The position numbers and the translations under genes are program-made. The notes under the pieces are model-generated. The model made no database searches, was not told the DNA's origin, and worked only from the letters and a program-made list of their open reading frames with translations. This document shows, in pieces, positions 35,366 to 43,670 of a DNA stretch of 64,000 bases. How positions within the stretch are numbered: the first letter of the stretch is position 1; every line of letters begins with the position of its first letter. Source of the stretch: an uncultured Gammaproteobacteria bacterium (GTDB lineage: Bacteria > Patescibacteriota > Microgenomatia > UBA1406 > HO2-37-13b); the NCBI GenBank assembly GCA_964612595.1, contig CAZTFB010000002.1:188933-252932 (forward strand), written 5' to 3'.

Positions 35366-35374
35366 TGGTATAAT
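35366..35374 (+). promoter_or_regulatory. Extended -10 (TGgTATAAT) 6 nt upstream of ATG 35381
   Basis: TATAAT at 35369-35374, gap gcccat, then ATG. Confidence 0.5.
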
Positions 35375-35380
35375 GCCCAT

Positions 35381-36424
35381 ATGTCGAAGACAATTCATAA
35401 AGAAGACATTGCTACTTTCAGAAAGTTTGATTTGAAACGTGGTGCTGAGATTTATCGAGAACTTCGCGAAGAAGTAGTCTGCGCTGGCTTGCTTGATCGT
35501 TCATACGGGTTTTACGCAGTCCATGTGAGTTATACCTACCTCGGTTTCTTTTTTTCGCTTGTCGCCATCTATTACAGCAATAATCCATTCGTCGTCGCAA
35601 TACTTTCAGTCATGTTTGCCGTATTTTCTGTGCAGATTTCAGGGTTGATTCACGATGCTGCACATAGAGCCATTTTTAAATCCCCAAAATTAAACGATAT
35701 GTTTGGTCATTTTCTGGCAGCCACTGTTGCCACAGGTTACGGTAATTGGCGTGTAGGTCATGATAGACACCATGCAAAACCAAATCAAGATGGCTTTGAT
35801 CCAGATATCGAGGTTCCTTTTAGTTTTACTCCTGAACGCTTTAAAAACAGTAAGGGATTAGGTCGTATTATTGGAAAATATCAAGCCTACGTATATTATC
35901 CTCTTGGTACGTTGACATCGATATCTGTGCGCTTCAAAAGAATGGTGTACTTCCAAGAAAACTGGAGCAAAAAAATATGGGGAGAAGTTGCGCTTTTTGT
36001 CGTATCGGTTTTCCTCCATTTTGCGGTACCCATCTTCTTCTTTGGATTTGAAAAAGGTCTTGGTTTTCTCGCGATTGTTACATTAGTCGAAGGTTTTTAT
36101 CTTTTTAATATATTCGCTCCCAATCATAAAGGGATGCCTGAGATTGGTAACGATGTGGAGCTCTCATTCTTTGAACAACAGGTAGTTACATCACGAAATG
36201 TTGCCTCGAGTAGCTTAATCGATTACGTCTATTTGGGATTAAATTTCCAGATCGAACATCATCTTTTTCCAAACGCTCCGAGAAACAATTTAAAGAAAAT
36301 CGTCCCGTATGTTAAAAAAATATGTAATAAATATGGTCTTGAGCATACTGAGAGTGGCGCAATTGATTCGGCAAAGACATTGTTTAATGAGATGCGTGAA
36401 GTTTCGAAAAGCTACGCTGTATAA
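35381..36424 (+). CDS. Membrane fatty-acid desaturase family protein
   Basis: Three His boxes, HDAAH, HDRHH and QIEHHLFP, with TM helices between them. Confidence 0.85.
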   Translation: MSKTIHKEDIATFRKFDLKRGAEIYRELREEVVCAGLLDRSYGFYAVHVSYTYLGFFFSLVAIYYSNNPFVVAILSVMFAVFSVQISGLIHDAAHRAIFKSPKLNDMFGHFLAATVATGYGNWRVGHDRHHAKPNQDGFDPDIEVPFSFTPERFKNSKGLGRIIGKYQAYVYYPLGTLTSISVRFKRMVYFQENWSKKIWGEVALFVVSVFLHFAVPIFFFGFEKGLGFLAIVTLVEGFYLFNIFAPNHKGMPEIGNDVELSFFEQQVVTSRNVASSSLIDYVYLGLNFQIEHHLFPNAPRNNLKKIVPYVKKICNKYGLEHTESGAIDSAKTLFNEMREVSKSYAV

Positions 36425-36571
36425 ATTACGGATTTCTTCGTGAAGGTTGTCTGATCGCTGTATATACTTTTTTGCCAGTAGAAAACCCTTTCATCTTCTG
36501 ATGTTTACCAGGAATTGATTCCCTCATAAATGTATGAATTGGATTGTATTTGTCCTTTGCCATGTATGTAT

Positions 36572-36577
36572 TATAAT
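36572..36577 (+). promoter_or_regulatory. -10 box TATAAT 7 nt upstream of ATG 36585
   Basis: TATAAT-acattgt-ATG. This supports the plus-strand reading of this locus. Confidence 0.4.
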
Positions 36578-36584
36578 ACATTGT

Positions 36585-36860
36585 ATGGATAGAAGAAAAA
36601 TAGAAAACATTACCGCTTCTTTGGCGACGCTTTTGCTCTTTTTCATGACCTTTATAGGTATCCTTCTCATGGGTGACCTCTTCTTTAACTGGGATATCTT
36701 CTCACCTGAAGTAGAAAAACTTATTGGATTTGCTATGGCTTCTTGTAGTGTCATAATCTTCTCATCAGTCTTAGTCAATGTAATGCTAAATATAAGTATT
36801 GTTGCCATAAATTCGGACGATTTCTTAGAGATATATGAGAGAAACCAACGCAAAAAATAA
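36585..36860 (+). CDS. Small 2-TM membrane protein
   Basis: MDRRKIENITASLATLLLFFMTFIGILLMG... It overlaps the next plus-strand ORF. The mirror minus-strand ORF was rejected. Confidence 0.4.
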   Translation: MDRRKIENITASLATLLLFFMTFIGILLMGDLFFNWDIFSPEVEKLIGFAMASCSVIIFSSVLVNVMLNISIVAINSDDFLEIYERNQRKK

Positions 36861-37386
36861 ACAGCTGAACTTCAAAGGCATTTTTTCGACTATTTTCCTT
36901 CTCGCTACTTTTATTCTCTTCGCAACAATCATATTGGACGGTCTAAACAAACATAGGGCATCAAATTTGTATAAGGAATATGCCGCAGAGTCACAAGCAT
37001 ATATGGAAAAAAATAGGAGTGGATTGACACAAATTTTTTTGGATATGCAGAATACAAATTGTGCATTTTCACCTTGCGGGACATTCGATCAAGATGAGTT
37101 GATGAATTTAATAAGTCACGACTTGAAAGACTTTAGTTCGACAGCGTTTGTTGCAATAAACAAAAACGGGGAAATGATGTTTATGCGACTTTCTGGAGAG
37201 CGAGAATTGCTTTATGCTGGCGATCTTTATACGTCGAAACTGAAAGAGCTACTGCGTGGAACTGTGTCACAACTTCCATGGGATGATTATACGTACTTCT
37301 TTGAAGGCAAAGAGGTGGTTGTGCCCTTTAAAAATGCTGACGGAAAAATTATGGGACTTTTAATGAGAGCTGCGGTTGCCAAATAA
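36835..37386 (+). CDS. Membrane-anchored hypothetical protein
   Basis: N-terminal TM helix IFSTIFLLATFILFATIILDG followed by a soluble domain. Confidence 0.5.
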   Translation: MRETNAKNKQLNFKGIFSTIFLLATFILFATIILDGLNKHRASNLYKEYAAESQAYMEKNRSGLTQIFLDMQNTNCAFSPCGTFDQDELMNLISHDLKDFSSTAFVAINKNGEMMFMRLSGERELLYAGDLYTSKLKELLRGTVSQLPWDDYTYFFEGKEVVVPFKNADGKIMGLLMRAAVAK

Positions 37387-37403
37387 TCTCCCAATCCTTA
37401 TAC

Positions 37404-37431
37404 GCAAAAAGCCCCAACATACGTCGGGGCT
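37404..37431 (-). terminator. Rho-independent terminator of the RRM gene
   Basis: The minus strand reads GCCCCGAC-GTAT-GTTGGGGC followed by TTTTTGCG, 23 nt after the stop. Confidence 0.7.
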
Positions 37432-37453
37432 TAAAGCATATTTTTAATGAGAA

Positions 37454-37816
37454 TTACTCACCAAAACCTCGGTCATTGTCCATGGAGTTACCCATATCGC
37501 CTCCGAAGTCGCGATTTCTATCGCGATCATCGCGATTTCCACCACCTCCGAAACGATTTTCACGAGGTTGTTGAGGTCGAGCATCACTTACGGTGATGGT
37601 TCTTCCATCAAACTCTTGTCCATTGTATTGATCTTTAGCTTGTTGTGCCTCTTCTTCAGTTGACATTTCAACGAAACCAAAGCCTTTGGATTTTCCTGTG
37701 TATTTATCGGTTATGACTGTTGCAGAAACGACGGTACCAATTTGTGCAAAATGATCTCTCAATGCATCCTCGGTTGTGTTCCATGAGAGTCCTCCGACGA
37801 ATAATTTACTTGCCAT
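37454..37816 (-). CDS. RRM-type RNA-binding protein with Gly/Arg/Asp-rich tail
   Basis: RNP-2 LFVGGL and RNP-1 [17 protein letters not shown] upstream. Confidence 0.9.
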   Translation of the reverse strand: MASKLFVGGLSWNTTEDALRDHFAQIGTVVSATVITDKYTGKSKGFGFVEMSTEEEAQQAKDQYNGQEFDGRTITVSDARPQQPRENRFGGGGNRDDRDRNRDFGGDMGNSMDNDRGFGE

Positions 37817-38228
37817 TAATCTTTCACCTCGCTTTCTGAAAAACGTGTATACACCTGTAGATCAATGCGTTATTCATTTTTGGGGAATATGATTGTCTTT
37901 AAAACAGAAGTACATATTAACACGTATGAATATATTATATCTTGGATGTTGGCAGTGTCAAGGGAAGAGATGAAATGATAAAGGGCTTTGAGGTTGTCAG
38001 GACAAGTTATATAGGATATAACTGATACGTGAGATTTAGAAACCAGTCTTTTTGCAAGGCTGTATTTTTTTATCCCACAGCTCTTTTTATTTTAGGTCAG
38101 TGCAAACATGGTTATTAAGTGACCGTATATGAGGCACCTATTTTGAGATTTATCGCTTAATAGGTGTTTCTTAGGCGGTCACTTTCTATCCGATGTTCAA
38201 TCACAGAGAGGTACGACAGACAATGAAT

Positions 38229-38357
38229 TCACAAGCCGACCCTCGGGTCTTGGTACCCGGACAGAACCCCAAGTTGGATCGCGCGTTCGACTTGGGCGAG
38301 TTCCTTTGGTGACAGGCGCTTCGGCGCCCGATGTTCCTCGAGGTCCTTCTTGCTCAT
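38229..38357 (-). CDS. Possible 42-aa ORF at the left edge of island 2
   Basis: MSKKDLEEHRAPKRLSPKELAQVERAIQLGVLSGYQDPRVGL with moderately G/C-biased third positions. No SD, so it may be a gene remnant. Confidence 0.25.
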   Translation of the reverse strand: MSKKDLEEHRAPKRLSPKELAQVERAIQLGVLSGYQDPRVGL

Positions 38358-38408
38358 GACAACTTTGCTTCGGCGGTTCGTCGTGGTTGGGCAGGAGGAC
38401 TCGAGCCG

Positions 38409-39092
38409 GTGGACAAGTCCTGTGCACCGTGGATCGCTCGCCTCAAGGGCTTCGAGGCCGTGGTGCGGGCACCCGACGACAGGATGACCGTCGGCCCAAC
38501 CGACGACATCCAAGGCTCGGGCTACAAGGGCTGGGTTCGCTATCACGAGATGGCGTTTGCTGGCTCGGCTCAGTCCGAGAGCGAAGATCTCCTCGCGGCA
38601 CTATTGATGAGCCTGCCGCAGACTCACCTGCAGCCTACTCTGCATCATGTCGGTTTCGCCTACGCCACTCTCGACGAGATGGTGGCTGCGGTCGAAGCCA
38701 ATGAGGCCGAGACGGGCCATCGAGCCACGTGGCCAGGCGCGTCGGATCTCATCCGTGCGTACACCTGGCGATCAAAGCCAGACCACATCAACGATGGCTA
38801 CTGGGTCGAGCGCATCTTCCGGCCGTCGGCGGATGGTACTTCGGAGGCGAGTGCGCATGTGGATCTGGTATCGAGCGATCCGCATGGCGTTCTGAACTTC
38901 GTAGCCGAGCATCTGGGCGACGAGCCGCAGATCTTCAATCCCGGCTGGGAGAACGGTCCGCTCGGCTATGTCTTCGTGATGGGACGCGACATGCCCGTCG
39001 GCGTTATGACGCGCGGGCACTGGTGGAACATTCCGATGGTTCCGCGCCCCGGCAACCTCCAGGAGGTCGTAGAAGCGATCCTCGACAGTTAG
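38409..39092 (+). CDS. High-GC-codon-usage protein, possibly VOC/glyoxalase-like
   Basis: G/C-rich third positions throughout. GTG start 9 nt after GGAGGA (38394-38399). LHHVGFAYATLDEMVAAV resembles the first beta-alpha unit of VOC proteins (weak). Confidence 0.55.
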   Translation: MDKSCAPWIARLKGFEAVVRAPDDRMTVGPTDDIQGSGYKGWVRYHEMAFAGSAQSESEDLLAALLMSLPQTHLQPTLHHVGFAYATLDEMVAAVEANEAETGHRATWPGASDLIRAYTWRSKPDHINDGYWVERIFRPSADGTSEASAHVDLVSSDPHGVLNFVAEHLGDEPQIFNPGWENGPLGYVFVMGRDMPVGVMTRGHWWNIPMVPRPGNLQEVVEAILDS

Positions 39093-39147
39093 TCGGCATC
39101 TGGACGACACTTCTTATAGACCTCCTCTGTGACCGCACTGACCTGGG

Positions 39148-39177
39148 GGAGGCGCCGCGCTACAACGCGGCGCCTCC
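39148..39177 (+). terminator. GC-rich perfect 12-bp hairpin terminator of the island-2 gene
   Basis: GGAGGCGCCGCG (39148-39159), loop ctacaa, CGCGGCGCCTCC (39166-39177), then TTCT. Confidence 0.6.
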
Positions 39178-39202
39178 TTCTAGTCATACTTCTATATTAA
39201 AC

Positions 39203-39290
39203 CCCTATACATTTTTGACCCTATATATGGTCCGTTTCGGGTCAATTTTAGACACGACCTTTTCAAGCCACGGGCTTGTATACTATCAGT
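39203..39290 (+). repeat. Copy B of the conserved intergenic element
   Basis: See 33372-33441. It directly abuts the right edge of island 2. Confidence 0.6.
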
Positions 39291-39416
39291 ATGGAGATAT
39301 TTGGGAAGACGTACGATATTGAAAAAATTCTCGTCATACTCATCGCAGTACCGTTCGCACTCGTCGCATTAGTATACGCTGTATTGTTTGTAATTTTTTC
39401 CTTTTTTTCATTATGA
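39291..39416 (+). CDS. 41-aa single-TM peptide
   Basis: MEIFGKTYDIEKILVILIAVPFALVALVYAVLFVIFSFFSL. The ATG is 6 nt after TATACT (39279-39284). The stop overlaps the msrB ATG (ATGA). Confidence 0.4.
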   Translation: MEIFGKTYDIEKILVILIAVPFALVALVYAVLFVIFSFFSL

Positions 39417-39808
39417 ATGACGATGATATCAAACAAAAATTAACACCAGAAGAATATCGAGTTCTTCGCGAGAAAGGCACAGAAGCACCTTTTTCTGGAG
39501 AGCTCATTCGCGAAAAACGCGAGGGTATGTATACGTGCAAGGTTTGTGGTACCGAGCTATTTTCTTCTGCGACCAAGTTTGATTCTGGCTCGGGTTGGCC
39601 AAGTTTTACCGATCCTGCAGATTTGGAGCACGTCACATTAATTGAAGATCGAAGTCACGGAATGATCCGCACAGAGGTACAATGTAAGAATTGCGGATCG
39701 CATTTAGGGCACGTTTTTCCAGATGGGCCTGGTGAAAACCAAGCACGATATTGTATAAATTCAGTGTGCTTAAACTTTATTCCAACGACAGATGAAAACA
39801 AGCATTAA
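39413..39808 (+). CDS. msrB: Peptide-methionine (R)-S-oxide reductase
   Basis: CKVCGTELF, SGSGWPSF, CKNCGSHLGHVFPDGP and RYCINS. Confidence 0.95.
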   Translation: MNDDDIKQKLTPEEYRVLREKGTEAPFSGELIREKREGMYTCKVCGTELFSSATKFDSGSGWPSFTDPADLEHVTLIEDRSHGMIRTEVQCKNCGSHLGHVFPDGPGENQARYCINSVCLNFIPTTDENKH

Positions 39809-41057
39809 GGGTGAAATAAATAGGCTTCTACATAGTTTAAGTTTTGATCAGGCGCATCGGATAGAGGTTTTTTCTGCTCTTGAACCCTCCATGCAGGCAA
39901 CACTCATTCGCAGACTCTCAAAACATATTGTTAAAGATATTCTCACACAAAGCGAGGACGAAGTATTGCTTGGATTAATTGCACAGCTTGATGCAAATGA
40001 AGCGACAGATTTACTTCAATTAGTCTCACGTCAAAAACAAAGAAGAATTATCGAAAAGCTTAGTGAGGAACTAAGAGATACTGTTGGTGAGCTACTTCAG
40101 TTTGACCCGCAAACAGCTGCCGGACTTATGAACCTCGATTATATCCTCGTAGAGAAAAATGAGACTATTGCAGAAACATCGAAAAAATTCCGTATCCATG
40201 AAAAAAGAACGGGTCGCTCGCCGGCGATTATTATGTTGGATGAACACGGGAAAGTGGCCGGATTTGTGCCTGGTCATCAACTTGGTTTTGGACTAAAAGC
40301 AGAGAAAATTGAAAAGTATGTAAAACGACTACCGACTATTCGCTATTCAGCTAGCCACGAGGAGGTCGTACAGCTTTTCAGAAATCATCCTCACTCAAAA
40401 GTTGCTGTATTGAATGACTTTGGAAGTGTGCTCGGCATTATTTACTCTGATGATATTTTGCGACTTATGCAAGAAGAGGAGTCCTCATCACTCTACGATT
40501 TTGCAGGTATAAGCGAGGAAGAAAGTATTATGGATACCGGACTTACTAAAGTAAAGTTGCGTTACAAATGGCTAATTATTAACTTAGCAACAGCATTTCT
40601 TGCATCGTACACGGTTGGACTTTTCGAAGGAACAATTTCCCAGTTCGTGCTGCTCGCCGTTTATATGCCGATTGTTGCGGGTATGGGAGGAAATGCAGCA
40701 ACACAAACATTGGCTGTTGTGGTGCGGGGTATTTCTTTAAAGCAAATCGATCTCTCAACCGCATTGCCGACGCTAAAAAATGAGCTTATTTCAGGAGGGC
40801 TCAATGGACTTATCAATGGTGTTATTGTTGCAGCAATTGTCATCATCTTGAATAGGGATGTGAAAATTGCACTTATACTAGCGCTTGCTATGATTGTGAA
40901 TCTGCTTGTTGCGGCGTTCTTTGGGACGTTAGTTCCCCTTATTATGAAGCGACTTGGTAAGGATCCAGCAACGTCTGCGACGATTTTTATTACGACCGCG
41001 ACTGACGTACTCGGATTTTTGGTTTTCTTAGGATTGGCGACAGTATTATTAACGTAA
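39792..41057 (+). CDS. mgtE: Magnesium transporter MgtE
   Basis: MgtE N-domain, two CBS-like segments, and the C-terminal TM domain with PIVAGMGGNAATQT and ATSATIFITTATDVLGF. Confidence 0.9.
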   Translation: MKTSIKGEINRLLHSLSFDQAHRIEVFSALEPSMQATLIRRLSKHIVKDILTQSEDEVLLGLIAQLDANEATDLLQLVSRQKQRRIIEKLSEELRDTVGELLQFDPQTAAGLMNLDYILVEKNETIAETSKKFRIHEKRTGRSPAIIMLDEHGKVAGFVPGHQLGFGLKAEKIEKYVKRLPTIRYSASHEEVVQLFRNHPHSKVAVLNDFGSVLGIIYSDDILRLMQEEESSSLYDFAGISEEESIMDTGLTKVKLRYKWLIINLATAFLASYTVGLFEGTISQFVLLAVYMPIVAGMGGNAATQTLAVVVRGISLKQIDLSTALPTLKNELISGGLNGLINGVIVAAIVIILNRDVKIALILALAMIVNLLVAAFFGTLVPLIMKRLGKDPATSATIFITTATDVLGFLVFLGLATVLLT

Positions 41058-41498
41058 TGCATCAAAATCTCTGAGGATTTCTTCTGCATGTTGATCAGGA
41101 GTAACTTTTGGATATTCTTTAACGATGTCTCCCTCGGGATTTATGAGATAACTTTTTCGTAAAATACCACTGAATGTTTTACCCATAAATTTCTTCTCAC
41201 CCCACGCGCCGTATGCTTCAATAGTTTCATGCGTAGGATCGCTTAAAAGCGTAAAAGAAAGATTATATTTCTTGGCAAATTTTTTATGTGATGCTACTGA
41301 ATCTTTTGAGATGCCAAAGACGTGTATACCGCGTTTCGCGAATTCGTTCGACATGTCGCGAAACGCACACGCTTCTTTTGTACACCCAGGAGTATCATCT
41401 TTCGGATAAAAATAAACAAGAAGCCACATTCCAGCATTCTCTCTAAGAGAATGGAGCTTGTTGTCTTGGTCTAAAAGTTCAAAATTAGGAGCTTTCAT
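41049..41498 (-). CDS. bcp: Thioredoxin-dependent peroxiredoxin (Bcp)
   Basis: VYFYPKDDTPGCTKEACAFRD. The start was trimmed to ATG 41498 (MKAPNFELLDQ), which has TATAAT 6 nt upstream. Confidence 0.9.
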   Translation of the reverse strand: MKAPNFELLDQDNKLHSLRENAGMWLLVYFYPKDDTPGCTKEACAFRDMSNEFAKRGIHVFGISKDSVASHKKFAKKYNLSFTLLSDPTHETIEAYGAWGEKKFMGKTFSGILRKSYLINPEGDIVKEYPKVTPDQHAEEILRDFDALR

Positions 41499-41504
41499 TT
41501 GATT

Positions 41505-41514
41505 ATTATATAAT
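41505..41514. promoter_or_regulatory. Palindromic ATTATATAAT serving as -10 on both strands
   Basis: On the minus strand TATAAT (41510->41505) lies 6 nt from the bcp ATG. On the plus strand TATAAT (41509-41514) lies 11 nt from the sigma-factor ATG 41526. Confidence 0.45.
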
Positions 41515-41525
41515 AGTCCAAATGT

Positions 41526-42107
41526 ATGGGCGTATCTGAATCTAAAATGCTGAAAGCATTGCTTAGTCGCGATGAAAAAATATTTCGCTCCTTCTATGAA
41601 CAAACCCGCGAGCCGCTTCTACATTATCTCCAAAAATACTTGGATAGAGCGGATGCGGAGGAGGTTTTGCACGACACATACATATCGTTTATTGAAGGAC
41701 TTCGCAACTTTAGAGGCCAATCATCGTTAAAAACATATTTATATTCCATTGGGAAACGTAAAGCCATCGACAAACTCCGTCGACAGAAAGTTAAAAAAAT
41801 ATTGTTTTCATATCTCCCCGATAATTTTGTTGATTCACTTGCTAAAGTTTTTCTTAAAGATGATGTGGATAAAAAATTCCTGGCCTATCGTATCGAAAGG
41901 ATCTTTAACAAACTACCGCATGATTATGCCCTCATATTGAGACTAAAGTACAATGAAGGTTATAGCGTACTGGACATTGCTAAAAAAACCAATGTCTCGT
42001 TTAAAACTGCAGAAAGTTTACTCTACAGGGCGCGTAGAGCATTTATAAAAGCATATAACACAAATGAAAGACAAACTATATATACAATTGAGGAAGCATT
42101 ACGATGA
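41526..42107 (+). CDS. ECF-type RNA polymerase sigma-70 factor
   Basis: Region 2 is AEEVLHDTYISFIEGLRNFRGQSSLKTYLYSIGKRKAIDKLRR. Region 4 HTH is YSVLDIAKKTNVSFKTAESLLYRARRAF. Confidence 0.85.
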   Translation: MGVSESKMLKALLSRDEKIFRSFYEQTREPLLHYLQKYLDRADAEEVLHDTYISFIEGLRNFRGQSSLKTYLYSIGKRKAIDKLRRQKVKKILFSYLPDNFVDSLAKVFLKDDVDKKFLAYRIERIFNKLPHDYALILRLKYNEGYSVLDIAKKTNVSFKTAESLLYRARRAFIKAYNTNERQTIYTIEEALR

Positions 42108-42300
42108 TGCGTTGGCTATTGAACCCACACATTTCAATAACCCATATGCAACACGGTTCTATAAGTTTATTGGTCAATACATTAAACATTCTCCGCTTCG
42201 TATTGTAATTCCTGTATCGCTTCTCGTTACCATTTTTTTGTATGGCCTCTTTGGATTTCTTGTTATTCGTCTCGTTTCTCTCTTTCAACACGGATTTTAG
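42064..42300 (+). CDS. Putative single-pass anti-sigma factor
   Basis: It overlaps the sigma gene by 44 nt. A cytoplasmic N-terminus is followed by one TM helix, RIVIPVSLLVTIFLYGLFGFLVI. Confidence 0.45.
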   Translation: MKDKLYIQLRKHYDDALAIEPTHFNNPYATRFYKFIGQYIKHSPLRIVIPVSLLVTIFLYGLFGFLVIRLVSLFQHGF

Positions 42301-42302
42301 CT

Positions 42303-42935
42303 ATGGAACATCTATTTGCAAGCACACTAGCTTCGATAATACTGCTTTTCCGAAATATATTTCGCGTGATTAATGATCCATATAAAGCTATGAGAGAGAT
42401 TTCAAAAGAATGGGATCCTTTGCAAAATCTATTTCTACTTACAGCGTGTTGTGCATACTTTCTATATGCGGCGAGTATACGATATAAATCCGTTAATCCA
42501 ATTGTGATAACACCTTCTGCAGTGTCATCATCATTGGGCTTTCTTATGACGTATATTCTCTCGGTCGGGTTTCTATTCATTATGGGACGCATCATGGGTA
42601 ATGATGAAAAGGATTCCCTGAAAAAACTGAGCATGCTCTCAGCATATTCAGTCCTCCCAACATTAACGTGGTTTTATTTGACTTCAACATTTTTCGTTCT
42701 TGTACCTCCTCCACGTTATGAAACTCCACTCGGAATTCTTTTTAGTATTTTTTTCATTATGTACTCGCTCACATTGCTTAATTTGCGCATTATGATGCTC
42801 TATATGACGATTCGCTTCTCATTGCGTACAACTTTTCTCAACACGGTAAAGATTATGGCCTCGTACTTATCGGTGCTACTTCCATATTCATTATTACTTT
42901 ATAAAATTGGCCTTTTTAGAGTTCCTTTTATATAG
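42303..42935 (+). CDS. Polytopic membrane protein (Yip1-like topology)
   Basis: Five predicted TM helices. No diagnostic motif. Confidence 0.45.
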   Translation: MEHLFASTLASIILLFRNIFRVINDPYKAMREISKEWDPLQNLFLLTACCAYFLYAASIRYKSVNPIVITPSAVSSSLGFLMTYILSVGFLFIMGRIMGNDEKDSLKKLSMLSAYSVLPTLTWFYLTSTFFVLVPPPRYETPLGILFSIFFIMYSLTLLNLRIMMLYMTIRFSLRTTFLNTVKIMASYLSVLLPYSLLLYKIGLFRVPFI

Positions 42936-42938
42936 CCT

Positions 42939-43670
42939 ATGCCAAGTCATTACAAAGCGCCGGTTGGTGCTATTATTTCAGGTGAACAGGGCATGCTGTA
43001 TGGTAAGCCGGTTCTTGGGTCCGCACTGAATGTGTCTGTTGAGGCAACAAACTTGCAGGACCTGGTCCTGTCAGGATCGTGTCGTTACGCTGAGCAAGTA
43101 AAAAAAGCTGTAGAATCACACACCAGAAAAAAAATTAGTGAAGACCACAACTTCGACATACGCACCATACTCCCTGCCAATATATCTCCGGATTTTGATG
43201 GTGTTATTGCCGCAGAGATCGTTGCAACAACAGCACTCATATATGAAATTGCTATGAAAAAACAGGCCTCTCAGGAAGTAATTAGTAATATCGCATTTCA
43301 AGCACATAAAAAAATCTTTCCACAGGCGTCTGGCTTCTATACCTCCCTGTCCTCCTTTGGAGGTCTTATTTACTTTCGTAAAGAATTTGAATTCTTAAAG
43401 GGAATCTATAAATTGCCCTACAAAATACCCGAAAATATTGCCAAGGAGCTCCGTATCGATCTTTCTGTTAAAGAAGATGTGTATAATATGAACCCTAAGA
43501 AGGCAGATATGATATTGATGGAGCAAGAAAAACGCACAAAAAGAGCAGTCGTCGCCATTGTGAAAGAAGATGCGAAGCTATTTTTTGATCAGTTTGAGCC
43601 AATGAATAAGGATCATTACCCATTCAGCCAGTCGTTCGACGGCGTTGTAATAAACAATGGCAGGTATTAA
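42939..43670 (+). CDS. Degenerate GHMP-kinase-like (mevalonate-kinase-like) protein
   Basis: The N-terminus APVGAIISGEQGMLYGKPVLGSAL parallels APGKiIlfGEHaVVyGkpAia.ai. The phosphate-binding PxGSGLGSSAA position reads SPDFDGVIAAE. Only 243 aa. Confidence 0.4.
   Translation: MPSHYKAPVGAIISGEQGMLYGKPVLGSALNVSVEATNLQDLVLSGSCRYAEQVKKAVESHTRKKISEDHNFDIRTILPANISPDFDGVIAAEIVATTALIYEIAMKKQASQEVISNIAFQAHKKIFPQASGFYTSLSSFGGLIYFRKEFEFLKGIYKLPYKIPENIAKELRIDLSVKEDVYNMNPKKADMILMEQEKRTKRAVVAIVKEDAKLFFDQFEPMNKDHYPFSQSFDGVVINNGRY

Larger units (their letters stand above)
38195..39180. other. Compositional island 2: ~1 kb G+C-rich segment
   Basis: There is an abrupt change from AT-rich sequence to G+C-rich sequence full of overlapping shadow ORFs. 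It ends at a 12-bp GC-only hairpin. AT-rich sequence flanks it on both sides. Confidence 0.6.

Noticed and set aside
36524-36853. 109-aa minus-strand ORF mirroring 36534-36860
   Set aside because: The plus-strand frame has a TATAAT 7 nt before ATG 36585, encodes clean TM helices and overlaps the next plus-strand gene. The minus frame has no start signals and would collide with the desaturase terminator region.
38197-39322. ORFs 38387-38704(+), 38647-38895(+), 38729-39322(+) and 38772-39110(-), and the 5' part of 38229-38546(-) and of 38331-39092(+)
   Set aside because: These are shadow frames of the G+C-rich island. Only 38409-39092(+) shows coherent codon bias together with an SD and a terminator. 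Only the last 42 codons of the minus ORF avoid antisense overlap.
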